DNA of 64,000 bases from Eledone cirrhosa (Eukaryota), in assembly GCA_964016885.1 (NCBI GenBank), contig CAXHJY010000907.1, forward strand, positions 10,843-74,842. Reading direction: 5' to 3'. Made by a program: the position numbers and the translations under genes. Position 1 is the first letter of the stretch. Each line of letters opens with the position of its first letter. The notes under the pieces are model-generated. The model made no database searches. It was not told where the DNA came from and saw nothing but the letters and a program-made list of their open reading frames with translations. Shown piece after piece: positions 13,193 to 24,473 of this stretch.

Positions 13193-14894
13193 TTATTGAA
13201 GGGAAAGGGGAAAGCTGATTAAATTGAGCACAATGCATTACTGGTACTTTATTTTATGACCCCATAATGGTGAAAGGCAAAGTTAACTTTGGTGGGATTT
13301 GAACTTAGAACACTGGGAGAAGGAAGGAACATATACCACAAAGTATACTATCTGATGTTTCTAGTGATTCGACAAAATCTAGCACCAACATACACACAAC
13401 AAATTGGCAATCTATTATTCTACCTCCTTCAAATTGCTGGCCTTGTGCCAAAAGTAGAAACAATTATTATTACCAACATTGTTAGGATATTGAAGTGGCA
13501 GAAATAATTGAAAACCTGCACTAAAAATGCCTTAGAGTATTTATTTTTCTCCTGTTAAGCTGCATGTTAAAAACCCACCCAGCTTGACTTTTGTTTTTCA
13601 TTTCCATCCTTTTAGCACTGATTAAATTAAAACATCAGAAATTCATTTGACTACATTCTACAAATCTGAGATGTGGTAATGTGAAATGTGAGAAGTTCTC
13701 TTCTTCTTCCTCATTACTAAGTCAAGCACTGGTGTTGATTTCATGAACTGTTTCCTCTCCCACATTCCTGGCCCTCTCCCTATGTCAGAAGTCATTATGT
13801 TTAACACTGTTGTCTGCACTTGAGCCACACTTCTAGCAATAGCATTTGAATTGCTTCAGGCCTTTCCCTATGCAGATGAAAAATGAATTAATCCAATGGG
13901 TGAAGAAGTGCAATAAACATCAACCCTTTTGTTACCATATTTCCAATGAAAGACAGTTTCCTAAGACTTTCAAATAATTTTGAAAATAAAGAATTTAGAG
14001 AACTTTCTCATTATGAAGGTGGTATTTGGAGCAATTTTAACAGTGGTTTTTATATAAAATTATGATGGGAAGTTTTAGATAACTTTAATCCCTATTTCTA
14101 ATGAAAGACACTACCCATGATTTTCAAATTCTGAAAATAATAGAAAATTGGGGATTTAGTAAAATAACCAACTTTCTAATTATTTAACTAGTATTTGAAA
14201 CATAAAATTAGTAAAATTAAAATGGAAGTTTCTTGATAAATACAAATGATGGAAACATCAATGAGAAGAATACATCTTTGTACCAAATTCAACAACATAT
14301 AAAAATTATATTGATTTAGAAATAAATAAAAAAATTCTCTATTTTTAATTAAATAGAAATTTAACTGAGTGTATTGAAGCAGGACAGAATTTACTCTAGG
14401 TAGGATTTTTATAATGAATTCTATCTATCATAGCTGCAATCGCTATTATGCAGTGTTACACTACAGATTGCTAGGTTGCTGTGGCCCCGCCACTCACACA
14501 TACATTAAAATATCTTGAAACTACAGTTATTTCATACAAGTTTGTTTTATAAGCTATGAAGGTGCATGGCTGAGTAAAGACTTTAATTTTCAATGTGATG
14601 CTGTCATAGTGGTTTTATACTTTTCAAGAATGTCTTGCTAATGTAGTTTCATTTAGTAGGGGACATTAAAAGTTAATACAGAAAAAAATAAAGTATATGA
14701 CAAGCTAAAAAAAAAAAAAAAAAAAAAAAGAATAATAAAAAAATTAAAATATAACAAAAAAAAAAAACTGAAAATTATAAATAGCTAACAACAAAAATAT
14801 TCATGTATGACTATAACCATATTTTGTTTTAATATATCTGGGTAACAGAGTCCACTCTGTTGCATACATTCAAGCCATGTCTCTGGCTTGGAGA

Positions 14895-15062
14895 TACCTT
14901 TCCCTCTATCCAGTCTCAAAGGTCCTGAAAAGAGTCATGGGTGCTGTCTTTTCTTCTCTCTCTCTCTGACCATTCATGGAGGCCCTGAAAAGGATCATGG
15001 GTTCGACTGTTCATTCCTTCCCTATTTCTAAATAGTCTTAGAGGACTTGAAAAGAGCCAGCA
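14895..15062. repeat. Diverged ~60-bp triplication
   Basis: aggtcctgaaaagagtcatggg / aggccctgaaaaggatcatggg / aggacttgaaaagagcca. Confidence 0.7.
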
Positions 15063-16257
15063 CAACCAAGTAAAAATTAAAATAAGATGATATTAAAGTA
15101 TATCTGTGTGTATCTGGTTTAAAATAGGTACACTATCTCTAACTAAAGATATTAGCACCAAGGACACCTGAAATTAAAACATTGCTTCAAAAAGGACTAC
15201 ATGATGAGTATGAAACCTATCATAGGGTTTGCAGGGCTAACCCTTGCTTTAGCAGGTAAAATGACCTTAAAACACGGATGTTGTTGATACTGATGTTATA
15301 CTAATCTAACCATTATCAAGCTGAAGTAAGATTGCCTTCTTCTAATATTAGAACTTACATCTGTTGTGAAATAACACAGAAACTGATTGATTTTGTGTGT
15401 TTATATATGAATACACACACACAAATGAAATGTTTCAGTTAGTTTAAATACCATAGAAAAATACTACAGGTTTCCTTTATTCCCTCCTAACTAGATACAC
15501 ACCTGTATATATTCCCTCCTTACTAGATATGAACCTGTACGACAAAAAATTCCACGTACCCTATCTTCATTTATTTGCCTTGGTATACTTTCCCTGTTTT
15601 AGTTCTCATTTATATGAATTAATTCATCATAACCCAGGTGAGCATTTATTCAGAATTACTGCCCTCCAAGATGGGGTGAAGAACAATGTCTCATACACTA
15701 CATATTTGACATAGTTTCTATGGCTGGATATGCTTGCTTCATAACACCAACCACTTTACAGATTACTGAGTGAATTCTATCGTGGCACCAGCACTGATAC
15801 TTTACAAAGTATACTGTGTGTATTTTACCATGGTACCAGCATTGCAACTTTGCAGAGTGCACTGGGCAAATTTTATCATGGCACCAGACTACAATTTTAC
15901 GGAGAGTAGTAGATGAATTTTATCATGGAATCAGCACTACCAAGAGTGTACTGAATGAATTATATTGTGGCATCAACCCTAGGGAGGTTGCCATGTCCTT
16001 GAAAGGAATTGCTTAAAATTTCAAAACTTTACACATTAAATCTAAAGTGAAACCTATATACCAGGTCAAGTCTGTTTACCATCAAACTTTATTAATTAGT
16101 CTAGTCTTCTGAGTATAGATTTATGACATACACAATTTTATTTATATCAAAAATCTCTATACATCTATTATAGTTAATTAAATTGACAGAACAGGTGTTT
16201 TCATCACTAGATGCTATATCCTAACCAGTCAGTCATATAATAATGGTTGAGTAGTTG

Positions 16258-16560
16258 TGAAGGCATGTGGTTTAGTAGTTAGTGTATTGGGCTCACGACT
16301 AAGGTCATGAGTTTGATTCCTGGACTAGGTGCCATGTTGTGTCCTAGAGCTAGATCTTTTATTTTATGTTACTCCAGTCTACTCAGCTAGCAAAAATGAG
16401 TTGTGATGACACTAGTGCCAAGCTGAGTTGGCCTTTGCTTTTGCCTTGGACATCATCAGTGGTGTTGAGAGGGAGACATGCATGCATGCATAACTGTTAG
16501 TCTTTGATACAGCCCTCTGCATGGGCGTATGCTTCAGTGAGGTAAATCCATGTTCAGTTA
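16258..16560 (+). mobile_element. tRNA-derived CORE-type SINE; other copies (mostly minus) near 10160-10405, 25150-25310, 31800-31942, 42210-42540, 44715-44820, 45420-45652
   Basis: A-box tggtttagtagttag, B-box gtttgattcc, CORE-like gtgtcctagagc..ttattttatgttactccagtctactcagct..aaaatgag. Confidence 0.75.
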
Positions 16561-16821
16561 GTCATAGGTACAAAACTTATGGCCAGCCAAGAACAATGAG
16601 GCTTCTTACTCATATGATGGAACTTTAAAACAAATTGAATAATATAACTTTAAACGAGACCCAAACAGTGCTAGTAGATTTGAACTTTCATGTGTATGTG
16701 CCTATATGTATTGAAAGAAAAAGACACACACAGGTTGGTTTGATAAGCACTAAACATGCACTGAATTAAGGACTCATATATTAACTTTATACATTCTATG
16801 GAGTTAGTATAATATTTGTTA

Positions 16822-16913
16822 TTAATGATGAGTGTTTACTTTGAAGTTTCACTGACCAATAATATTGGCTTATCAAAACAGTCAGAGAAACTTTGAAGTA
16901 AACAGTTATCATT
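16822..16913. repeat. Imperfect palindrome, ~34-bp arms
   Basis: taatgatgagtgtttactttgaagtttcactgac / gtcagagaaactttgaagtaaacagttatcatta. Confidence 0.85.
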
Positions 16914-16949
16914 ATTAACAATTATTTTATATCTATACAAGATACATAT

Positions 16950-16962
16950 AAACACACACACT

Positions 16963-17045
<83 letters not shown>

Positions 17046-17069
17046 AGGAGTGAGTGAAGGAGTGTGTTT
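16950..17069. repeat. (CT)n-(GA)n inverted microsatellite
   Basis: CT run switches to GA run at ctcgag (16997-17002); flanks acactcctt / aaggagtg also inverted. Confidence 0.9.
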
Positions 17070-17129
17070 TCAGTCATTTTACATAGCTTTTATGCATCTT
17101 TTAATACTCTAATTAGGTACACAACAATT

Positions 17130-17545
17130 TGCTAGAGAAATATCAAGAACAATAACAATTTTCCATGATAAGTAAAGAAAGTGGCAATGGGGTGGGCCGG
17201 GATAGAAAAAAATCCGAACTGGAAGTAGAAGCTGAGAATGAAGATAATACAATATATGTACCACCATTTGAGATTGCTGTGAGAAAGTTATAATCTTGAA
17301 CTATGCAGATATAACAAAAGGAGGTAACAACAACAACAAAAGAAGAGGAAGAAAGTTTGATTCTGATACATATGTGAGAAATGTTAAAAGTACATCTCAG
17401 TGAGACAGGCAGCTACATGTGCAAGACTGGAATGTCTGCTGAAGTGAGAGAGAAAAATGTCTATTAGAACAGATGAACATTGGTCAGAAGAGATAAGTGA
17501 AACAAACTGGAATTTTAAGGGATTACCATCATCAAGAGGTTTGAA
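17130..17545 (-). mobile_element. Ancient CR1-like LINE RT remnant
   Basis: Minus-strand FLTAIS..SSFSASTSS..PTxLxLxLLI resembles the region around the GVPQGS motif; very degenerate. Confidence 0.3.
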
Positions 17546-17697
17546 AAAAATAAAAAAAAACAAAAAAATTTAGAAAAAGAAAATATAACAAAAAAAGTAT
17601 ATTCTTTAAAATTTAGTAATTTGTGTGAAACAGTTAGGGAACGTTAACACTTTTAATACCAAACTGCCAAACATGCTCCTTGATTAGTGTTTATATA

Positions 17698-17772
17698 CAG
17701 GGTGTCCCAAAAATATATACACTCTTTAATCAGAATGCTGTTGAAATGTGTATACATTTTTGGGACACCCTG
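17698..17772. mobile_element. 75-bp Tc1/Tc3-type palindromic MITE nested in a TTAA MITE
   Basis: TA-cagggtgtcccaaaaat..tatacac / gtgtatacatttttgggacaccctg-TA. Confidence 0.9.
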
Positions 17773-18551
17773 TATAGATATAAAAACATATCACAATTTA
17801 ATGTAAGAACCTTTGTTAAGTTATGTTCCAAATATTGGCTTAATAATGAGAATGTTATATTAGTAAATCCTTTCATATTAAATTATAGGCAGTGTCTTTT
17901 ATTAGAAATATGACAACAAAAGGATTAAGAGAATACCATCATCAAAACTGGGGCCCCTATCATTAAAATGCCTGCTGAATATACATACGGGAGGGCTGTA
18001 AATTTCATTCTATTTTCCCCCACATAGCGATGGAAACATCTGGCATCCTGGGACCCTAGATCCTTGCTAGAAAAGTATTCAACGTTCTGATTGCATTGGG
18101 GGAAGGAGAATATGAAGCAAAATCAGTTGGGCTGAGTGATACAGTGGTTTTATATATATATATAGATATATGTGAAAATAAACATAAAAACAATCTTCCC
18201 CTCACTCCCCAGATAGGGAAAACAAAAAAAAACAAAGATACTGTTGACAAGAATTATCAATAATACACACAAAGTGGATTGATTTCATAAAGAAAGCAAC
18301 AAAAAAACCAAAAAAAAAACCGATCCTGACTATAATGTAAAGTCCTCCCTTGTGCAGTGGTAATGATGGTGGTGGTAATTATAAGGACAATTGGTTTAAT
18401 ACTTAGGAAACTGTTTAAATAACACTTGAACATGAAAACTGAGGTGAGCGCTTTGTCAAGTGGCTTCAATTGGCTGCTTGAAATCAATAAATAATACAAC
18501 AGTGTTAGCCAGATTTCAACAACAAATCCTCTTTCATATTGTTTCCACTTG

Positions 18552-18801
18552 TAACCCTTTCCTTACAATGATATTTCAAATGATTTGCCTATGATTTTCA
18601 AATAATTTTGAAAATTATCAAAAAAATGCAGGGATTTAGTAATATAACAAACTTTTTCATTATCAATCTGATGTTTAGAATATAACAAATGTTCTTAAAA
18701 TTATGAAGGAAGGTTTTAAGATAACTAAAAACTTTGAAACAAACAGTTTTGTATTGTAGAACCATGTATAGTTTTAGGTGGTTTGGTAATGGAAGGGTTA
18801 A
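18552..18801 (+). mobile_element. TTAA MITE family B
   Basis: aaccctttcc...ggtttggtaatggaagggttaa. Confidence 0.8.
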
Positions 18802-19081
18802 GAAAGGATATCATGGTTTGGGGGTGACTGAAGATTGCTTTCCTCGAGAAGATCAGAAGGAGGGCATTTTGCCTGAGAAAGGAACCCTGTGAGGTGGAAT
18901 GAAATGGCTGATGCCACAGGGGTTATCATTAGCTGCTCTCCACTGCAATGTTTTTGCCAACTTGTGTATTGTAGCATAGAAGTAACATCCAGCCAAGGGT
19001 GTAGTGTTTGCTCTGCTTCCCAATTCTTTTTATTTGCTCCTTACCCACTATTCTCACCTCCTCTTTGTAAAAATGTACGAA

Positions 19082-19119
<38 letters not shown>

Positions 19120-19232
19120 CGTTGAATCAATAAAATTATTTTCACAATTATTAAAAATGATTTCAAGTGCTTCTAAAATGATGAAAAGAAAGTTTTACTC
19201 CAGCAGGATTTGAATCATAAAACTAAAGAAAA

Positions 19233-19265
<33 letters not shown>

Positions 19266-19348
19266 CATACATACACATATATTTTTTTTTTTTTTCCTCC
19301 CCAATTCCAACCCGCCTGTCCCTTCAATCTATCTTATTTCTCATTTTT

Positions 19349-19384
19349 TCTTTTGATGAAGGACTAGCGTCCGAAACGTTAAGA
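19349..19384 (+). ncRNA. Minimal type I hammerhead-ribozyme-like motif (Penelope-type), core C3 mutated to U
   Basis: tctt-TTGATGA-a-ggac(tagc)gtcc-GAAA-cg-TT/aaga: stem I tctt:aaga, stem II 4 bp, palindromic acgt stem III. Confidence 0.6.
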
Positions 19385-19487
19385 CCTTCCTGCTATTTCA
19401 AGCGTTAACCTAATATATTCCTTCCATATACTGTACCGATTGTGTTGTTATTTCTGTTTACCATTTATATATATTCACATGCACATA

Positions 19488-19685
19488 CGAGGATCGGCTG
19501 AAAGGTTCGTAGGCTGACTATAAAGGATTGATGTTAGGGCTGTGAAATCTTGCATGCATTAATTTCAACTCTTCTTGTTAATAACTGCACCATTTCTTTC
19601 CATGGACTATGTTGAAAAATAAACCTCATTTGATCATTCCATGAGAGTATCATGGTCAGCCTATCAACTTTTCGGCCGACTGTTG
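19488..19685. mobile_element. Mariner-derived MITE (second family)
   Basis: TA-cgaggatcggctgaaaggttcgtaggctgac ... gtcagcctatcaacttttcggccgac imperfect ~31-bp TIRs. Confidence 0.8.
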
Positions 19686-19715
19686 AATGTACTCACACAT
19701 GTATATGTGCATACA

Positions 19716-22085
19716 CATCATCATCACCGTTTTACGTCTGTTCTTCCATGCTAGCATGGGTTAGACGAGTTGTCCTGTTGTGGGCAGTGTCTGGTCGGCT
19801 GACCATGCCTTGCTCATACAGGAACTGATTTTGGCTTGATTTCTACAGCTGGATGCCCTTCCTAACACGAACCTCATTTACAGTGAGTGCTGGGGGCTTT
19901 TTTCTGTGGCGCCTACACGACCACTTTGCAGTGGGAGGGTGTGGGGGCATATTGTCTATATGCTTCAGCTTGTACCCATGGAAGGTCGGGTACTCTGTAT
20001 TACTGCGTGACGCCAGAGGTCACGGTCGTGTGTCATCGCCTTTGAGAGGTGTAATTGGGTAAGGTCGGCTTTTATCACCTCATTCCAGGTCTTCTTGGGT
20101 CTCCTCACTCCACGGTTTCCATTGACTTCTAGTGCTCTGTACCTTTTTATGCAGCTGTCATCCTTCATACGCATCACATGTCCATACCAACGCAACCGCC
20201 TCTCCTGCACACAGCATTTGATTCCTCTTATGCTCAGTCTCTCTCTCAACTCATTTATGCTTTGTCGGTCGCGTATATTACTATTACACATCCATCGGAG
20301 CATGCAGGCTTCGTTTCTCTCTAATCTACATAAGTCTTCCACCTTCAGCGCCCAGGTCTCACTACCATGTAACATTGCTGTTCGTATACACGCATCATAC
20401 AGTCTGCCTTTCATTTTGAGGGAAAAGCCTTTTGCAGCTAGCAGTGGTAGTAGTTCCCTGAACTTCTTCCATCCCGTTCTTACATAGTTATTGTACTTTC
20501 TGAACACCGACCTCTGATGCTAATTCGGTCACCTAGGTAGCAGAAGCTGTCTACTGTTTCTACAGAGCCCTCCCAGAGATTGGTGGTACTTGTTTCCTGT
20601 GGCTGTTTGCTGCTTGCTGTCCCAGCACAGCTGCTACATGTGAAGCCTACATTCTTAATTAAGCTTCCTGAGATCCCGCTACATCTCTTGTGTACCCATT
20701 GTTTGCATCTGGGGCAGAGAATGGAGTTCCTACCTACACCTTTCCTACATACTGAGCAAGGCCATTTCCCTGAAGGGATCTGGGTTCTGTTTTCTCATCT
20801 ACTTACAAGGACCTTAGTCTTTGTCATGTTGACTTTGAGACCCTTTCTTTCTAGTCCCTGCTTCCAAGTTTGGAATTTCTTCTCTAGTTCTACCATAGAT
20901 TCAGCTATAAGTGCGAGGTCATCAGCATACAGGAGTTCCCATGGGCATCCAGTCTTAAACTCCTCCGTTATTGCCTACAGGACTATGATGAACAGGAGAG
21001 GGCTAAGAACAGAGCCCTGGTGGACACCAACCTGTACGCTAAATTCCTCACTATACTCATTGCTAATCCTAACTTTGCTGACTGCTTCCCTATACATGGC
21101 TTGTACAGCTTTCACAAGCCATTCATATACTCCTAGTTTTCTAAGAGCCCACCAGATTATAGCACGTGGAACTCTGTCAAAGGCTTTCTCGAGATCGACG
21201 AATGCCAGGTAGAGTGACTTACTTTTAGCTAGGTACTTTTCCTGTAACTGCCTTACAAAGAAGAGGGTATCAGTGGTGCCTCTTCCTGGTACAAACCCAA
21301 ATTGCATCTCATCTAGTTTCACCCGGTCCCTAATCAACTGTGCTATAACTCTTTCTGTTACTTTCATGACCTGGTCCATCAGCTTTATACCTCTATAGTT
21401 TCCGCTATCTAGTTCATCACCTTTACCTTTGTAGGAACTCCCAGTACTCTTCTACATTGAATGTCTCTATCTGTCGTAGGCGTTGAGTAAAATATCTTTA
21501 AATCTGTTACTGGCTAAGGGGTCTTTCAGCTTCCAGATCTTTCTTCTCCAGGTTGGCCTGTTTCCAGGTTCGTCTAGTTCTGACCGTGAGGTCGCTGACA
21601 ACTAAGCTATGTTGGGAGGTACATTCCTCACTAGGGAAGGCTTTTGTGTTTGCGACCGTCCATCTGTCACGTCCTCTAATGAGGATAAAATCTATGACTA
21701 GAATGCTCCCCTGATCTATAGGTGATCAGTTGGTTGTCGGGTTTTTTGAAGTTTGTGTTACATATCGACATGTCATTGGCGTCGCAGAATTCTAGCAGTC
21801 TGAATCCTTCTTCATTTCTTGTGCCAACCCCATGGCCTCCATGGACTCTATTGAAGCCGTCACAGTGTTTACCTACGTGTCAGTTAAAATCTCCTGCGAT
21901 GATGAGGAAGTCATTGTCGTTTGTTAGAACAGTAGTGTGCATTAGGGACTCGTAAAACCTATCCTTAAGTTCGTCTGGCAACACCGATTGGGGTGCGTAA
22001 GCTGATATTATTGTGGTAATTGTTTTATTCAGGACTAGTCTGTGTTTAATGATTCTTGCATTTACCCTGTACACTGAGATTACTT
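19716..22085 (-). mobile_element. RTE-clade non-LTR retrotransposon, 5'-truncated and internally deleted
   Basis: Endonuclease motifs (IISAYAPQ, IAGDFN) at 21880-22074; RT motifs (QFGFVPGRGTTD, AFVDLEKAFDRVP, GVHQGSVLSPLLF, YADD at 20918-20929); C-terminus MLHGSETW..RLRWYGHV; 3' end ccatgctagcatgg...(GAT)n at 19716; stops, frameshifts and an EN-RT deletion near 21435. Confidence 0.95.
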
Positions 22086-22636
22086 TAGCATGGGTTTAGA
22101 CGGAAATTGTGCCACGTGAGGTAAGATTGGTTGTCTTGCTCGTATAGGACTGTCTGGTGGGTTTTCTATGGCTGGATGCCCTTCCTAACACCAACCACGT
22201 TTACAGTGTGGGCTGGGAGGTTTTTACTGTTACCTACACGGCCACATTACAGCGTGGACTGTGTGTTTTTTTGTCGTGACACCTACACGACCTCATTTAT
22301 TTAGGGCTGGATGTTGTGGCACCAACATAACTTTACAGAGAAAGGGGTGGGGGTAGTGGGATGGGGGTGTATTTTTGGTTAGGACTGTATTAGGACTGTA
22401 GGTTTCGCTTTGTACTTAGGCAAGGCGGGTCTTCTGTATTACTGCGTAGCACCAAAGATGACATTGTCTTGGAGAGGTGTAAGTGTGTAAGGTCGGAATT
22501 TATCAAATCGTCCCAGGTTTTTACTGGGTCTGCCTACTCCGTAGCTTCCATCTATTTTGATTGCCCTGCACTTTTTTTTATACAGCTGTCGTCTTTCATG
22601 CGCATCACGTTGACCGTACCAACGTAGTCTTCTCTG
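22086..22636 (-). mobile_element. Second RTE 3' fragment (ORF C-terminus + long 3' UTR), tail truncated
   Basis: Paralogous to 19760-20200 (RLRWYG-like, aggaagggcatccagc, cactgtaa repeats); truncated inside the terminal palindrome at tagcatggg. Confidence 0.85.
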
Positions 22637-22664
22637 AATTTAGACTTCATTTTGTTATTTGGAC

Positions 22665-23130
22665 CATTTTGTTACTCCACCTCCAATGAAAGACATTGCC
22701 AATGATTTTCAAATAAATTTGAAAATAATCGAGATTTTGGAAGAATTTAACTAACTTTCTCATAATTTTGCTGGTGTTTGGAACATAAAAGATTTTAGAT
22801 AAAATTAAGCAGGAAGATTTTAGATAAATATAAACACTTTAAAACAAACAGCTTAGTATGGTAGGACAAGGGATAGTTTGGTATATAAAAAAAAAGTTAA
22901 CCCTTTTCTGACTATATTTAGAATGAAACACATTATCCTTGTTTAACTGATCTTTAAAATAGATAAGAATTTGGAAGGGTTTAATAAAATAACTAACTCC
23001 ATTATTAAGCTGGCGTTTTGAACATAAAGATTCTTAGATAAAATTATGATGGAAAGGTTTTAGATAAATATAAATACTGTAAAATAGTCTTTGTATTGTA
23101 GAATCAGGGGCAGTTTCCAGCAGTTTGGTA
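22665..23130 (+). mobile_element. Two head-to-tail family B MITEs sharing a TTAA near 22897
   Basis: Two successive consensus copies. Confidence 0.75.
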
Positions 23131-23264
23131 TATATTGCTGATATTTGTCGAACTACTAAGGTGCTGGCATATATATATATATTGTTTATAAAGGACATAA
23201 CAAACAAATATCAGTGTTTTATTTTCATTATGGAGATGCACATTCACATACACACACACACACA

Positions 23265-23412
23265 CAATGGGCTTCCTCGTAGTTTCCATCTACAAAATTC
23301 AATCTCGAGGTATTGGTTGACCCAAGACTTACCAGCAGAAAACACTCAATGTGCCACAAAGTGGAAATGAACTCAGAACCATATGGTTGTAAAGCAAACG
23401 TTTTAACCATCA
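23265..23412 (-). mobile_element. Third tRNA-derived SINE family; relatives at 2745-2810(+), 12720-12822(-), 28062-28215(-)
   Basis: Minus strand tggttaa..tttgct..caaccatatggttctgagttca..cac..gtggcac..ggtcaacca..ttgtagatggaaact. Confidence 0.65.
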
Positions 23413-23654
23413 AATATCCCTGTTAAAGCAGACATTATAAATTTGTCTGAGGAGCTCCAATTAGAGTAATATGATTATGTGACACTCATGCTCCTCTCAA
23501 GAGCATTGGTAACAACAATAAAGACTACATCTTAAACACAAAACTTAAAGCTTCTCTATTGCAATTGATAATAAAAAGTAAGAAAAAAACTGAAGAAAAA
23601 TACTAAGTTGAACCAAACCAAGCAGACAGACCTATCACTTATACTTCTTTTTAA

Positions 23655-23889
23655 CCCTTTAGCATTTACATTACTCTATATATACTATTATATTTTCACA
23701 GTAATAGCTTTATCTTACATAATATTGAATCTATGAGATTTTGAGAACAATACTTTAACATCATTAGGAGTGGCCAGTTAAGGCTGGTTTGAACATAAAG
23801 AGGCGAGAGGATTCTGGCTGGTTGTGACTGGTTTGAACAGAAAAAAGAGAGAATTCTGGTCGGATATGGCCAGTTTAAATGCTAAAGGG
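23655..23889 (+). mobile_element. piggyBac-like MITE family A with internal ~45-bp duplication
   Basis: TTAA-ccctttagcattt...aaatgctaaaggg-TTAA. Confidence 0.9.
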
Positions 23890-24265
23890 TTAAACACTAT
23901 TAAAGTATTCAAGTTTAAACCATGAACTAAAATCTCATTACATGACAGATAATATTAAATTTCATGAGTGATATTTCTTTCACTAACCCTTTTATAATTC
24001 TTGATTATATTGATAGCTAAAACACAAAGATGACCCCACCCCCACAAAAAGAAAAAGAAAACACTTTGTACAAAATTGACTTGCTTTAATACTCTCTACC
24101 TAAAACAAATGAGTATAGTAATCCTTTTAATAGTAAACCACCAGAAACTGTACCTGATTCTATGATACTAAGCTGTTTAATTTAAAGTGTTTATATTTAT
24201 CTCAAAACATATAATAATTCTGTAGAAAAAGATATGTTCCAAATGCCAGCATTTTTAGCATTTAA

Positions 24266-24473
24266 CCCTCCGTCATTTAGACCGGCCATATCCAGCTAGA
24301 ATTCTCTCACCTCTTTCTGTTCATACCGGCTGTAACCGATTGCTCATACTGATGTTAAGGTATTGTTCTTAAAATAGATAATATCAAAATCTTATAGTTT
24401 CGATATTATGTGAGATAAAGCCTTGACCGTGAAAATACAATAGCAAATATAGAGTAATGTGACTGTTAAAAGG
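24266..24473 (-). mobile_element. piggyBac-like MITE family A, nested in family B (24120-24578)
   Basis: Reverse-complement body, TTAA flanks. Confidence 0.85.

Noticed and set aside
20095-21212. Plus-strand ORFs of 130 and 210 aa
   Set aside because: Antisense shadows of the RTE ORF
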